Shown: positions 1 through 9,532 of the stretch, in pieces | How positions within the stretch are numbered: the first letter of the stretch is position 1 | Layout of the letters: every line of letters starts with the position of its first letter | NCBI GenBank assembly: GCA_003557085.1 | Contig: PWPR01000069.1 | Location: 1-40,781, forward strand | Direction: 5' to 3' | DNA length: 40,781 nucleotides | DNA from: Clostridia bacterium | GTDB lineage: Bacteria > Bacillota > UBA994 > PWPR01 | Position numbers and translations under genes: made by a program | The notes under the pieces: model-generated | What the model was told of the DNA's origin: nothing | The model's input: only the letters and a program-made list of their open reading frames with translations | Database searches by the model: none

Positions 1-1
1 A

Positions 2-1147
2 AAAAGCGAAATTACGACTACAGATTATTCAGAAAAAGGGCTAGACAAAGCTATTACAGAAGCAATAGAGAACCTGGCATATGTACCAGAAGGAGACCAT
101 CCTCCAGCAGTAAAGAAACCTATACTGACTGAAATGACTTCTCACAAAAGTAATTTAGTTAAATTATGCGGGGTAAAGCAAAGAGCCATCCAGCTAAAAG
201 AAGCATTTGAGATATTACCTGAGGATTACTTAGCATATGGTGTTTATAGCTTAACGTCTATGAGAGTAGCTTATGGAAATAATAACGGTGTTAAAAGATT
301 TGTTAAAAACAACTTTGCGAAAGTTAATGTTTTAATTTCTGATGGAAAAGATGGCTCAGGATATTACTCAACATTGACTCTTGACCCTGAAGATTTATCA
401 CTTACGGATATTTTTAAACATGTTGTAGGTAGAGTAAAGATAAATAAAGAAAGAAGTATAATAGAGCCTGGTGAGTATACCGTTATATTAGAGCCTGCTG
501 CAGTAGCTAGTATTTTAATGTACTTAAGTTTTGCTGGCTTTAATGCAAAAAGCGTTCAAGATAATTACAGTTTTTTATCTAATAAAATTGGAGAAAAAGT
601 CTTTGATGAGAGAATAACTATTAGAGATGACTGGTATAATAAAAACACTATGCCTTTACCATTTGATATGGAAGGATATGAAAGAAAACGTCTTGATATT
701 ATTGTTAATGGAGTCGCTCACGATTTAGCGTATGATGCGCAAACAGCAAAGAAAGATGGCGTGAGATCAACTGGTCATTCTGTAGCCATGCCAGACAGAG
801 GAGGCATACCGCTGCATCTAGTAATGGAAGGTGGAGAGAGAACTCTTAACGAAATCATAAGTGACTCTACAAATACCATCTTGGTTACAAGATTCCACTA
901 CATGAATCTTGTAAACCCAAGAACGGCCCAATTAACAGCATTAACAAGAGATGGTCTTTTCCAAATTGAAAATGGTGAAATTGTCAGAGCACTTGAAAAC
1001 ATGCGTTTTACTGAAAGTATCTTAGATGCTTTCAATAATGTAGTGGAAATATCTAAAGACAGAAAAAGAATCCCAACTTTCCTTGGCAACTATTATGTTC
1101 CAGCCATGAAAATAAGTAATTTTAAGTTTACCGGAAAAACAAAATAA
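2..1147 (+). CDS. TldD/PmbA-family metalloprotease, C-terminal part (5' end lies upstream of the window)
   Basis: The frame of the 134..1147 ORF stays open back to base 2 with no stop, so the gene is cut by the window edge. The translation has TldD/PmbA-like C-terminal blocks (STGHSV, VTRFHYMNLVNP, LTRDGLFQIENGEI). Confidence 0.75.
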   Translation, partial: KSEITTTDYSEKGLDKAITEAIENLAYVPEGDHPPAVKKPILTEMTSHKSNLVKLCGVKQRAIQLKEAFEILPEDYLAYGVYSLTSMRVAYGNNNGVKRFVKNNFAKVNVLISDGKDGSGYYSTLTLDPEDLSLTDIFKHVVGRVKINKERSIIEPGEYTVILEPAAVASILMYLSFAGFNAKSVQDNYSFLSNKIGEKVFDERITIRDDWYNKNTMPLPFDMEGYERKRLDIIVNGVAHDLAYDAQTAKKDGVRSTGHSVAMPDRGGIPLHLVMEGGERTLNEIISDSTNTILVTRFHYMNLVNPRTAQLTALTRDGLFQIENGEIVRALENMRFTESILDAFNNVVEISKDRKRIPTFLGNYYVPAMKISNFKFTGKTK

Positions 1148-1169
1148 CATAAGGATGGAAGTGAACTAA

Positions 1170-2012
1170 GTGCAAAAATATCTAATATTGGTTGATAGTG
1201 GCTGTGACATAAGCGATGAAATGAAAAATGATATCCCCCTCGAAATCATACCCATCACTCTTGAAATAGGAGAAAATCATTATGTAGATGATGGGAACAT
1301 AAATCTTGATGCTTTCTTATTTGATATGGAGAATAGCATTTATAGCCCAAAGACAGCTGCTCCAGCACCAGAGCTATATATGCAGCACTTTGATAAAGCG
1401 AAAAACATCTTTATTGTATCAATTTCTTCTGAGATTAGTGCTACTTATAATAATGCTTTAATAGCTAAGAATACCTATCAAGAAAAGAATCCTGATAAGT
1501 TTATTGAAGTAATTGATTCTAGAAGTGCCTCTGTAGCTGAAGCACTCACGGTTATGTATTTAGATAAGCTTATTAAGAATGGTACAAATCCTCATAATGC
1601 TGCTGTTTCTGCTAGAAAATATGCGGAAAGTCTTCAAACTTTTTTTGTGTTAGACAATTTAAGCAATCTTAAAAAATCAGGAAGAATTGGCCATTTAGCA
1701 GGTTTACTGGCATCCATTTTACAGATAAAGCCACTTATGGGCTCTGACGGTAAAGGGGGGATTGCTATGGTAAAGAAAATGAGGGGATACAAAAAAGCTG
1801 TAAATGAAATGCTTGATAGTATTGGGCAAACACCTGTTAATCAATTAAAAGAGCGCCCTCTTGCTATAGCACATTGCAAAGCCAAGGATGAAGCTCTTGA
1901 TTTCATGAAAAGGGTGCAAGAAAGGTATCCTTTTGTTGAGGTACACCTAACAGCTATGCGAGCCACAATAAGCATCTATGCAAATGTTAAAGGTATATTA
2001 ATATCTTATTAA
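1170..2012 (+). CDS. DegV-family (fatty-acid-binding) protein
   Basis: 280 aa. The N-terminus ILVDSGCDIS and the KKSGRIG block are typical of DegV. GTG start follows a GGAAGTGA SD-like stretch, and a hairpin terminator follows the gene. Confidence 0.8.
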   Translation: MQKYLILVDSGCDISDEMKNDIPLEIIPITLEIGENHYVDDGNINLDAFLFDMENSIYSPKTAAPAPELYMQHFDKAKNIFIVSISSEISATYNNALIAKNTYQEKNPDKFIEVIDSRSASVAEALTVMYLDKLIKNGTNPHNAAVSARKYAESLQTFFVLDNLSNLKKSGRIGHLAGLLASILQIKPLMGSDGKGGIAMVKKMRGYKKAVNEMLDSIGQTPVNQLKERPLAIAHCKAKDEALDFMKRVQERYPFVEVHLTAMRATISIYANVKGILISY

Positions 2013-2090
2013 TACTTAACCTTAGATATGTGGATTTTAAGTTCTTTTAACTAATAATGAAATTTAGTTGGGACAATACTTGAAACTTCT

Positions 2091-2119
2091 AAAAGCTAGG
2101 CTAGTTTGTCTAGCTTTTT
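2091..2119 (+). terminator. Rho-independent terminator after the DegV gene
   Basis: AAAAGCTAG (2091-2099) pairs with CTAGCTTTT (2110-2118), followed by a T run. Confidence 0.6.
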
Positions 2120-2217
2120 AGAGTTCATCACACTACCTTTTTTCTCTTTGGTTATTATTTATATTTAGAGTATTGTGAGTTAGAATGTATCAAATACTAC
2201 TTGATAGGAGACTTAAA

Positions 2218-2883
2218 ATGCAAAAATATCTACCAGGAAATGAAAACAAGCAATTGCTGATTTTGCTTAGTGCCATAGTGATTGTCTTGTTAATAGCTAT
2301 TTATGTTGTCTATGAAGATAGACAATTATCTTTTCTTCTATGGAACTTGTTTTTAGCGTGGGCACCTTTATTAATACTGTATGTTATAAGTGCTCTACCT
2401 AAAAGATTAATTAACAAAGTTATATCAATAACACTTATTGCTATTTGGGCTCTTTTTTACCCTAATGCTCCTTATATGGTGACTAGCTTATTGCATACAC
2501 CTATGTCTACTAGTCAATTAGGACTAAATATTGATATACTTCTTTGGCTTAAGTTCAGTGTAGTTTTTATTAGTCTATGGCTAGGCATACTTTTATCTTT
2601 TTACGCTTTATATCCAATTCATAGAACTATAATTTCCAAAACTTCTAAATCTTTTAGTCACGCATTTGTCATCATCATTTCTTTGTTAAGCTCCTATGGG
2701 ATATATTTAGGAAGATTCCCTAGGTTAAACAGTTGGGATATTTTTTATAATCCTAGAAGAGTATTTTATGTTGTTCAAAACTCATTTAATCAAAACACTT
2801 TAGTTTTTATATTGCTTTTTGCATTAATAATTTACACTCTATATACGTCATTATATAAGCTAAAACACAACAAAATGAACTAG
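2218..2883 (+). CDS. DUF1361-like multi-pass membrane protein
   Basis: Hydrophobic multi-TM protein. The WNLFLAWAPLL and YPNAPYMVTSLLH motifs recall DUF1361. ATG 2218 has AGGAG 7 nt upstream; the track start 2185 has no SD. Confidence 0.6.
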   Translation: MQKYLPGNENKQLLILLSAIVIVLLIAIYVVYEDRQLSFLLWNLFLAWAPLLILYVISALPKRLINKVISITLIAIWALFYPNAPYMVTSLLHTPMSTSQLGLNIDILLWLKFSVVFISLWLGILLSFYALYPIHRTIISKTSKSFSHAFVIIISLLSSYGIYLGRFPRLNSWDIFYNPRRVFYVVQNSFNQNTLVFILLFALIIYTLYTSLYKLKHNKMN

Positions 2884-2948
2884 TATGATTTTAGCTAACA
2901 TCTTACATCTCATCTTCATCTTTAGAATCTTTCTAATTTTTGAACAAA

Positions 2949-2980
2949 AAAACAGAGTAGAAAAAAAACTACTCTGTTTA
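2949..2980. terminator. Bidirectional terminator between convergent genes
   Basis: ACAGAGTAG (2952-2960) pairs with CTACTCTGT (2969-2977). An A run lies on the left and a T run on the right, so it can work on both strands. Confidence 0.7.
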
Positions 2981-2998
2981 AGCTAGATATTCTTTGGT

Positions 2999-3649
2999 TT
3001 AATAATTTACTTCATATCCACTTTGATTAGCAAGTCTCTTTAAATCTTCATAAAACTCTATCTTTGCTGACTTATAATATGGATTTAAGTACAAAAAGCC
3101 TATTCCTAAAGTCAGGACACCAAGTATAAACCATCCAATAAAACTTATTTGAAATTCAAAAAACCTCATCTTATTACCCTGCATTAAGAATCTACTCTCT
3201 TCAATAGCTTGTAAAGCTGTCATATCTGGGTTGTCTTGAAGTATTAGGAAAGCCATAGACAATGATATCGCTGCGATTATGCCTGGTATAATAAGCAATA
3301 AAGTAAATAATGTTACAATAATACCTCTAATTACATGAAGTAAAAAGGTGTCAAAAAACCTTTTGAACCCCTCAAACATCTGTCCTAAATGAGCATCTTT
3401 TGTTCTTAATGCTTTTATAAAGACTATATAACCATATTGCAAAGGGCCTGCAATAACCCACTGGAGCATGTTCCTAAAATTAATAATCAGACCTATACCA
3501 AAATCTTCCCTTGGGCTTCTCGTAGAAACCCTAAGTCCACCGCTTATTAATGTTGTAATCATAAAAATTAAAGTAGCAATAATTACTTCTACCCAATTAT
3601 CTTCTAAATAAGCCTTTCCTCTGCTTTTATACTCATTTATTGTTAGCAA
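2999..3649 (-). CDS. DUF975-like integral membrane protein
   Basis: 216 aa. The N-terminus (INEYKSRGKAYLEDNWVEVIIATLIFMI) and the 4-5 TM layout resemble DUF975. TTG start lies 13 nt after the serS stop, preceded by GGGGG. Confidence 0.6.
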   Translation of the reverse strand: MLTINEYKSRGKAYLEDNWVEVIIATLIFMITTLISGGLRVSTRSPREDFGIGLIINFRNMLQWVIAGPLQYGYIVFIKALRTKDAHLGQMFEGFKRFFDTFLLHVIRGIIVTLFTLLLIIPGIIAAISLSMAFLILQDNPDMTALQAIEESRFLMQGNKMRFFEFQISFIGWFILGVLTLGIGFLYLNPYYKSAKIEFYEDLKRLANQSGYEVNY

Positions 3650-3662
3650 AAAAACAACCCCC

Positions 3663-4934
3663 TTATGCTATAACTTCTAATCCTCCCATATACTTTTGCA
3701 AAGCAGCTGGAATTCTAACGCTGCCATCTTCTTGTTGATGATTTTCAAGTAATGCTGCTATACATCTACCTATCGCAACTCCAGAACCATTCAAAGTGTG
3801 AACAAACTCGACATCTCGTGTTTCTTCTCTTCTAAATCTTATGTTAGCTCTTCTTGTCTGATAATCACGACAGTTACTACAAGAAGATATCTCAACATAT
3901 TTTCCATAACTTGGCATCCACACCTCTAAGTCATATTTCTTAGAAGCACTAATACCTAAATCTCCTGTGCACATCTCAACTATACGATAAGGCAGTTCTA
4001 AGGTTTCCAGTACTTCCTTAGCTGCGTCTACCATCTGGTCTAGCGCTTTGGCAGAATATTCCGGTTTTACAAAGTTTACCATCTCCACCTTATCAAATTG
4101 ATGCTGTCTAATCAACCCTCTAGTGTCTCTTCCTGCAGCTCCAGCTTCTGATCTAAAGCAAGCACTATATGCACAATAATTAATTGGTAGCTCTTCTTCA
4201 GCTAAAATGTCATCTCTAAAAATATTAGTTACTGGCACTTCGGCGGTGGGAATCAAGTAGTAATCTTGATTCTCAATTTTGAATGAATCCTCAGCAAATT
4301 TTGGCAACTGCCCCGTTCCAATCATACTGTCTGAGTTAACAATATATGGAGGTAGCACTTCTGTGTAACCATGCTTTTCTACATGAATATCTATCATAAA
4401 CGCAGCTAGAGCCCTAACAAGTCTTGCACCCATGCCTCTAAATAGAGTAAATCTAGCTCCTGTTATTTTAGAAGCTGTGGCAAAATCTAGTATTTTTAAG
4501 TCTGGTCCTATATCCCAGTGTGCCTTAGGATCATATTCAAAATCCCTAGGGTTACCCCACTTGCTTACCTCTACATTTCCTGATTCATCATCTCCAATAG
4601 GAACATCCAGATCAGGTATGTTAGGAGTAACTAAAAGAATCTCTTCAATTTCATTTTCAATAGAGCGCAAATCTTCATCCATTCTTTTTATATCTTCTCC
4701 AACGCTTTTCATCTCTTTGATGATAGGTTGTATGTCTTTACCTTCTTTTTTCAGTATAGGCACCTTTTTAGAGGTTGTATTTCTTAGATGCTTCAACTCT
4801 TCTACTTTTGCAATAATCTCTCTTCTTGATTCGTCTAACTCCAACACTCTTTCAAGTTTAAAATCTTCTCCTCTAGAATTGACTCTTTTACTAACTTCTT
4901 CAAAATTGTTTCTGATTTCCTTTATGTCTAACAT
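3663..4934 (-). CDS. serS: Seryl-tRNA synthetase
   Basis: 423 aa. N-terminal coiled-coil arm, class II motif 2 ([21 protein letters not shown]) and motif 3 ([15 protein letters not shown]). A Ser T-box leader lies upstream. Confidence 0.97.
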   Translation of the reverse strand: MLDIKEIRNNFEEVSKRVNSRGEDFKLERVLELDESRREIIAKVEELKHLRNTTSKKVPILKKEGKDIQPIIKEMKSVGEDIKRMDEDLRSIENEIEEILLVTPNIPDLDVPIGDDESGNVEVSKWGNPRDFEYDPKAHWDIGPDLKILDFATASKITGARFTLFRGMGARLVRALAAFMIDIHVEKHGYTEVLPPYIVNSDSMIGTGQLPKFAEDSFKIENQDYYLIPTAEVPVTNIFRDDILAEEELPINYCAYSACFRSEAGAAGRDTRGLIRQHQFDKVEMVNFVKPEYSAKALDQMVDAAKEVLETLELPYRIVEMCTGDLGISASKKYDLEVWMPSYGKYVEISSCSNCRDYQTRRANIRFRREETRDVEFVHTLNGSGVAIGRCIAALLENHQQEDGSVRIPAALQKYMGGLEVIA

Positions 4935-4960
4935 AATAAACCTCCTTTTTCTTTTAAAAC

Positions 4961-5180
4961 AAAAAAACGCCCCCTAAAAGGGACGAGAATTACCCGCGAT
5001 ACCACCCTTATTGGCTAAGCCCGGCTCAATTAGATAACGGTATTACCCGTGTTAAGCTACTTCTTTCACTTAACAACTCAGAGATGCTACTCAACAATCC
5101 TTTTAAGTGACTTGCACCAACCGCCACCTCTCTGATAAAAAGTAATTATTAAGCTAATTCTCCTCAACGCTTTTGCTTTG
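4961..5180 (-). promoter_or_regulatory. T-box leader (tRNA-sensing riboswitch) of serS, candidate AGU (Ser) specifier
   Basis: On the minus strand I read the conserved T-box sequence AGGGTGGTATCGCGG (plus-strand 4995..5008). I also read the AGAGAG bulge and GGTGCAA distal-loop motifs of stem I. A specifier-loop-like GTGAAAGA-AGT-A is present. The terminator hairpin CGTCCCTTTTAGGGGGCG plus T7 lies at 4961..4985. Confidence 0.9.
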
Positions 5181-5186
5181 AAGTGT

Positions 5187-5215
5187 ATTATACATCTATT
5201 ATAACAGATTTTCAA
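5187..5215 (-). promoter_or_regulatory. Sigma-A type promoter for the T-box/serS transcript
   Basis: Minus strand reads TTGAAA (5210..5215), a 17-nt spacer, then TATAAT (5187..5192). Confidence 0.65.
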
Positions 5216-5318
5216 GGTTTTGAAAAAACATATAACAAGAAGTTTTACTATTATACTGTATACAATTTGCAAGATTTATGCTAACCTAATAGCGTAAATA
5301 TATTAGGGGGTATAAACA

Positions 5319-6503
5319 GTGAAAAAATTAACTGAAAGAACCAAACGTCTATCTCCATCTATGACTTTAGCTATAAGTGCAATGTATAAGGAATTGGTAC
5401 GTGAAGGTAAAGATGCCATTAATTTCAGCGTTGGAGAGCCAGATTTTAATACTCCAGAGCACATTTGTGAAGCAGCTATTGATGCTATTAACGATGGATT
5501 TACCCGTTACACCACAGCTAGTGGAATACCTGAATTAAAAGAAGCAATTTGCAAAAAGCTAAAAGAAGAAAATGATTTAGACTATACACCAAAAAATATT
5601 ATTGTTGGAACAGGTGCAAAGCAGCCTTTATTTAATGCGTTTTTAGCATTATGTGAAGAAGGCGATGAAGTTTTAGTTCCTTCTCCTTATTGGGTTAGCT
5701 ATAGTGAAATGATAAAAGTTACAGATGCTACTCCTGTATACATTGACAGTGCAGAAGAAAATGATTTCAAAGTGAAAATTGAAGATCTAGAAGCAGCTAT
5801 AACACCTAACACAAAATGTTTAATTTTTAATAGCCCAAGTAACCCTACTGGAACAGTTTATACTAGAGAAGAGCTATCAGCTATCGCTGATTTGGCTGTA
5901 AAGCATGATTTTTACATTATTTCTGATGAGATTTATGAGAAATTAATTTATGACGGTGAACATGTTTCCCTGGCATCATTTAATGATGAAGTAAAGAAGC
6001 TTACAGTTGTGATTAACGGGATGTCTAAAGCATACGCTATGACTGGCTGGAGAATTGGTTATGCCGCAGCTTCAGAAGAAATTATAGGAGCAATGAACAA
6101 GTTACAAGGCCATAGCACTTCAAATCCTACCTCTTTTGTACAAAAAGGCGCATTAGCAGCATTAGAGGGGTCCGATGAGTCTGTAGATGCTATGAGAGAG
6201 CAATTTGTAAAGCGTAGAGACTTCATGGTTGAAACAATTAATAATATTCCAAACATTAGTTGTAGAAAACCTGGTGGTGCTTTTTATGTCATGATGAACA
6301 TAAAAGAATTAATGGGTGAAGAAATTAAAGGTAAAATTATTAATAATAGTATGGACTTTGCACTACACTTACTTGAAACAGCTCATGTTGCAACAGTTCC
6401 TGGTTCTGCTTTTGGAATAGAAGGATTTGTCAGGTTAAGCTATGCAGCTTCTATGGAAGAAATTGCTGAAGGACTTAATAGAATAAAAGAGTTTGTAAGT
6501 TAG
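5319..6503 (+). CDS. Class I PLP-dependent aminotransferase (aspartate aminotransferase type)
   Basis: 394 aa. Motifs NSPSNPTG and SKAYAMTGWRIGY (PLP lysine in SKAY). GTG start lies 7 nt after AGGGGGT. Confidence 0.85.
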   Translation: MKKLTERTKRLSPSMTLAISAMYKELVREGKDAINFSVGEPDFNTPEHICEAAIDAINDGFTRYTTASGIPELKEAICKKLKEENDLDYTPKNIIVGTGAKQPLFNAFLALCEEGDEVLVPSPYWVSYSEMIKVTDATPVYIDSAEENDFKVKIEDLEAAITPNTKCLIFNSPSNPTGTVYTREELSAIADLAVKHDFYIISDEIYEKLIYDGEHVSLASFNDEVKKLTVVINGMSKAYAMTGWRIGYAAASEEIIGAMNKLQGHSTSNPTSFVQKGALAALEGSDESVDAMREQFVKRRDFMVETINNIPNISCRKPGGAFYVMMNIKELMGEEIKGKIINNSMDFALHLLETAHVATVPGSAFGIEGFVRLSYAASMEEIAEGLNRIKEFVS

Positions 6504-6512
6504 TAATTATTT

Positions 6513-6540
6513 AAGGACTGTAAATTACAGTCCTTTTTTA
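6513..6540 (+). terminator. Rho-independent terminator after the aminotransferase gene
   Basis: AAGGACTGTA (6513-6522) pairs with TACAGTCCTT (6526-6535), followed by a T run. Confidence 0.8.
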
Positions 6541-6660
6541 TTTTAAACTAAAAGATTTACGTTATGATATAATTAATAAATAAGCACTAAATAAGGCAAG
6601 TAGCTTTCAAAAGACAAAAACTACATCTGACTCAATTGGTTCAAAGTGGAGGCGTAGACA

Positions 6661-7455
6661 ATGAAAAGATTCATAATTGCAGTAATAATAGCTACTTTGG
6701 TTTTTTCTCTTTTAAACATGGGTTTAGTCTATTTTACAAGTTATACTATTGATTTATCAGAAACCTCCATGCCTAAAGTTAATAGGCAGGCTAATTTAGA
6801 TGGCTCTATTTCCGAAGTGGATCATCTGATAGAACCTCCTTTCATTGAACTTGAAGAGGTCTCTCCTTATTTAGTTAAGGCGATTATCGCCATAGAAGAT
6901 CATCGATTTTTTAACCACCAAGGTATCGATTTCTTTAGGATATTCAGAGTAGCTATAGCTAATATAAGATCAAGAAACTTAGTTAAAGCAGGAGCAAGTA
7001 CTATTACTCAGCAACTGTCTAGAAATATATTTCCTTTTTTATCTCAAGAAAGAGCTGTTTCAAGGAAAATAACAGAAGCAGCAACAGCCTTACAGGTAGA
7101 AAGAACTTATTCCAAAAATGAAATTTTAGAAATGTATTTGAACATAGTTTTTATAGGACATGGACTACATGGGGTTGAATCTGCTGCCAACTTGTATTTT
7201 GGCAAATCTGCTTCTGACCTCACCCTTGTCGAATCTGCTACTATAGCTGGATTACTTAAGGGGCCTGGTTACTATTCACCATATGTCTCCCGTGAAAAAG
7301 CCTTAGAACACAGAAACATAGTTATTATGAGAATGGCCGAGCTTGGTTATATCACTGAGGAGAAAGCAAATCAAGCACTAGATAAGCCCTTGATTACTAT
7401 TAGAGATCTTCAAGGTGTTTCACAATACGAAAGGAGCTTGACATTTTTGTCATAA
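6661..7455 (+). CDS. Monofunctional peptidoglycan glycosyltransferase (GT51)
   Basis: 264 aa with an N-terminal TM anchor. GT51 motifs EDHRFFNHQGID, GASTITQQL and RKITEA are present. There is no transpeptidase domain. GGAGG lies 9 nt upstream. Confidence 0.85.
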   Translation: MKRFIIAVIIATLVFSLLNMGLVYFTSYTIDLSETSMPKVNRQANLDGSISEVDHLIEPPFIELEEVSPYLVKAIIAIEDHRFFNHQGIDFFRIFRVAIANIRSRNLVKAGASTITQQLSRNIFPFLSQERAVSRKITEAATALQVERTYSKNEILEMYLNIVFIGHGLHGVESAANLYFGKSASDLTLVESATIAGLLKGPGYYSPYVSREKALEHRNIVIMRMAELGYITEEKANQALDKPLITIRDLQGVSQYERSLTFLS

Positions 7456-7462
7456 AAATATT

Positions 7463-8017
7463 ATGGAATTTATTGCAATAGATTTTGAAACTGCTAATAA
7501 ACACCCTTATAGCGCTTGCTCTCTTGGACTAGCAATAGTTAGTGATAGCCAGATTGTTGATAATCCATATTGGGTTATTAAACCTAAACCTTTGGAGTTT
7601 TCCTATTGGAATATAAGAATTCATGGGATTGACAAAGTCCAAGTAAAAAATAAACCTAGTTTTAGAGAACTCTGGCCTGAACTATATCTTTATTTGAATA
7701 ACCAAACTTTAGTAGCCCATTATGCAAGTTTTGACATGAAAGTCTTTCAAGAAACCTTGAGATATCAGGGAGTTGTGCAACCAAATTATCACTATGCTTG
7801 TTCATTAAAAATTGCCCGAAAAGTATGGCCTTTTTTCCCAAAGCATGGACTTAAACACGTAGCTGACTATTTAGGGTTTGATTTTTTGCATCATAATGCG
7901 AAAGAAGATGCCTATATAAGCGCTTTAATAGTGCTAAAGGCTGCTGAAATACTTAATGTCAGAAGTTTAGATGAGCTGTACAGTAAATTAGGTCTTAATT
8001 TTAGTAAAATATTTTAA
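7463..8017 (+). CDS. DEDDh 3'-5' exonuclease (DnaQ/epsilon-like domain protein)
   Basis: 184 aa. Exo I AIDFETAN, Exo II AHYASFDMKVF, Exo III HHNAKEDAY. It starts 7 nt after the glycosyltransferase stop. Confidence 0.8.
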   Translation: MEFIAIDFETANKHPYSACSLGLAIVSDSQIVDNPYWVIKPKPLEFSYWNIRIHGIDKVQVKNKPSFRELWPELYLYLNNQTLVAHYASFDMKVFQETLRYQGVVQPNYHYACSLKIARKVWPFFPKHGLKHVADYLGFDFLHHNAKEDAYISALIVLKAAEILNVRSLDELYSKLGLNFSKIF

Positions 8018-8039
8018 TATTAGAAAGTTGAGGATGAAA

Positions 8040-9443
8040 ATGCAGAAACTTGAAACATTAATTGACTCTTATTATGATGACATGGTGAAAGATATTCAAA
8101 GACTAGTTAAAATTAAAAGTGTCAGAGATGAGCCAAAAGGAAATATGCCTTTTGGAGAAGGTGTTCAAAAGGTATTGGAAGAAGCATTAGCAATGTCTAA
8201 GGAATTAGGCTTTGAAACTACCAATATTGACAACTATGCTGGAGTAGCTAGCTATGGAGATGGTGAAGAGGATATAGCTATAATCGCTCACCTTGATGTC
8301 GTTCCTGAAGGCGATGGATGGACTCATCCTCCTTACAGTGCTACTTATAAAGATGGCGTAATCTATGGCCGTGGGGTGAGTGATAACAAAGGTCCTGCTA
8401 TTATTGGGCTCTATGCTATTAAAGCTCTTATAGAATCTGGTGTGGATATTAATAAAAAGTTAAAAGTAATTTTTGGTACCAATGAAGAATCTGGCATGGT
8501 TGACTTAAAATATTATGCAAAAAATGTCGGCACCCCTAGCTTATCTCTAGTTCCTGATGCTTCTTTCCCTGTTGTAAAGGGAGAAAAAGGTATTATGTCA
8601 TTCAAATTTCAGTCTCTAATGGAGAACAAGGAGTTAACATCCAAAGTTCGAGTGAAATCAGGCTTTGGTGGTAATGCTGTTAACTCTGTGCCTGATTATG
8701 CTGAGCTAGTACTTGATGTGGATGATTTAGATAGCTTTAAATCTTATATAGAGAGCTATAATTCAACAAGTGAAGACAAAGTAGAGCTAATAGAAGATGA
8801 CACTACTATTAAGCTCATTGCAAGAGGTGTATCTGCACATGGCAGTAGACCAGAGACTGGCAAAAATGCTAACTCTATATTGTTTAAATCTCTCTCTGAT
8901 TTAATAAAGGAATCTGAAACAATACTGAGCACATTTGTTAAACTCTATCTTGATAAAATTGCTTTTTATCACCACGGTGAAAAAATAGGGTGTGAATTTG
9001 AAGATGAGGAGTCTGGTAAACTAGCATTTAATCCAGGTTTAATGAGCATCTTAGAAAACGCTATTGAAGTAGCTGTTAATATTAGATTCCCTGTTACATA
9101 TAGTGCTAAGCAAGTGTATCAAGGAATGCAAAAAACTATTGAAGGATTGCCTGTAACAATCATTGAAGGCTCAGATAGCTCCCCTTACTATCATGATGAT
9201 GATAATACAGTCATAAAACAACTAATGAGCATTTATCAAGACTACTCTAAAGACTATGACTCTAAACCATTGGTTATGGGTGGAGGAACCTACTCTAGAG
9301 TTATTTCAAACTCTTACACTTTTGGTCCTGGCTTCCCTTGGAGCAAAAGCAATGCTCATCAACCTGATGAGCAAGCAAGTATGAAAGATATTATTCTTGC
9401 CACTAAAATTTATGCTCAAACTCTATATAAGCTTACAAGATAA
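8040..9443 (+). CDS. pepV: M20-family dipeptidase, PepV/Sapep type
   Basis: Motifs HLDVVPEGDGWTHPPY, GRGVSDNKGP and TNEESG. ATG 8040 lies 5 nt after GAGGA; the track start 8028 is a TTG inside that SD region. Confidence 0.85.
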   Translation: MQKLETLIDSYYDDMVKDIQRLVKIKSVRDEPKGNMPFGEGVQKVLEEALAMSKELGFETTNIDNYAGVASYGDGEEDIAIIAHLDVVPEGDGWTHPPYSATYKDGVIYGRGVSDNKGPAIIGLYAIKALIESGVDINKKLKVIFGTNEESGMVDLKYYAKNVGTPSLSLVPDASFPVVKGEKGIMSFKFQSLMENKELTSKVRVKSGFGGNAVNSVPDYAELVLDVDDLDSFKSYIESYNSTSEDKVELIEDDTTIKLIARGVSAHGSRPETGKNANSILFKSLSDLIKESETILSTFVKLYLDKIAFYHHGEKIGCEFEDEESGKLAFNPGLMSILENAIEVAVNIRFPVTYSAKQVYQGMQKTIEGLPVTIIEGSDSSPYYHDDDNTVIKQLMSIYQDYSKDYDSKPLVMGGGTYSRVISNSYTFGPGFPWSKSNAHQPDEQASMKDIILATKIYAQTLYKLTR

Positions 9444-9467
9444 CTATAATTATTCTTAAAATTTTAT

Positions 9468-9501
9468 AAAAAAACAGAGTAAGTAATTCTCTGTTTTTTT
9501 A
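9468..9501. terminator. Bidirectional terminator between pepV and the ABC-F gene
   Basis: A-run + ACAGAG (9474-9479) pairs with CTCTGT (9489-9494) + T-run. Confidence 0.65.
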
Positions 9502-9532
9502 TTAATTATGTGGAGTTATTCCTGCTAGTGAA

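Noticed and set aside
4432-4977. 181-aa plus-strand ORF lying entirely inside serS
   Set aside because: It is antisense to a gene with unambiguous class II synthetase motifs. The translation is low-complexity and Ser/Leu/Phe/Ile-rich, and no SD is present. This is a typical shadow ORF of an AT-rich genome.
5087-5272. 61-aa minus-strand ORF upstream of serS
   Set aside because: It coincides with the serS promoter and T-box stem I. It has no SD, and the region is fully explained as a structured RNA leader.
2949-9501. Two terminators (2949..2980 and 9468..9501) both begin AAAAAAACAGAGTA, suggesting a dispersed repeat
   Set aside because: The similarity is confined to the A-run and one 9-nt stem arm. 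The loops and the second arms differ. This is consistent with chance among A/T-flanked terminators.
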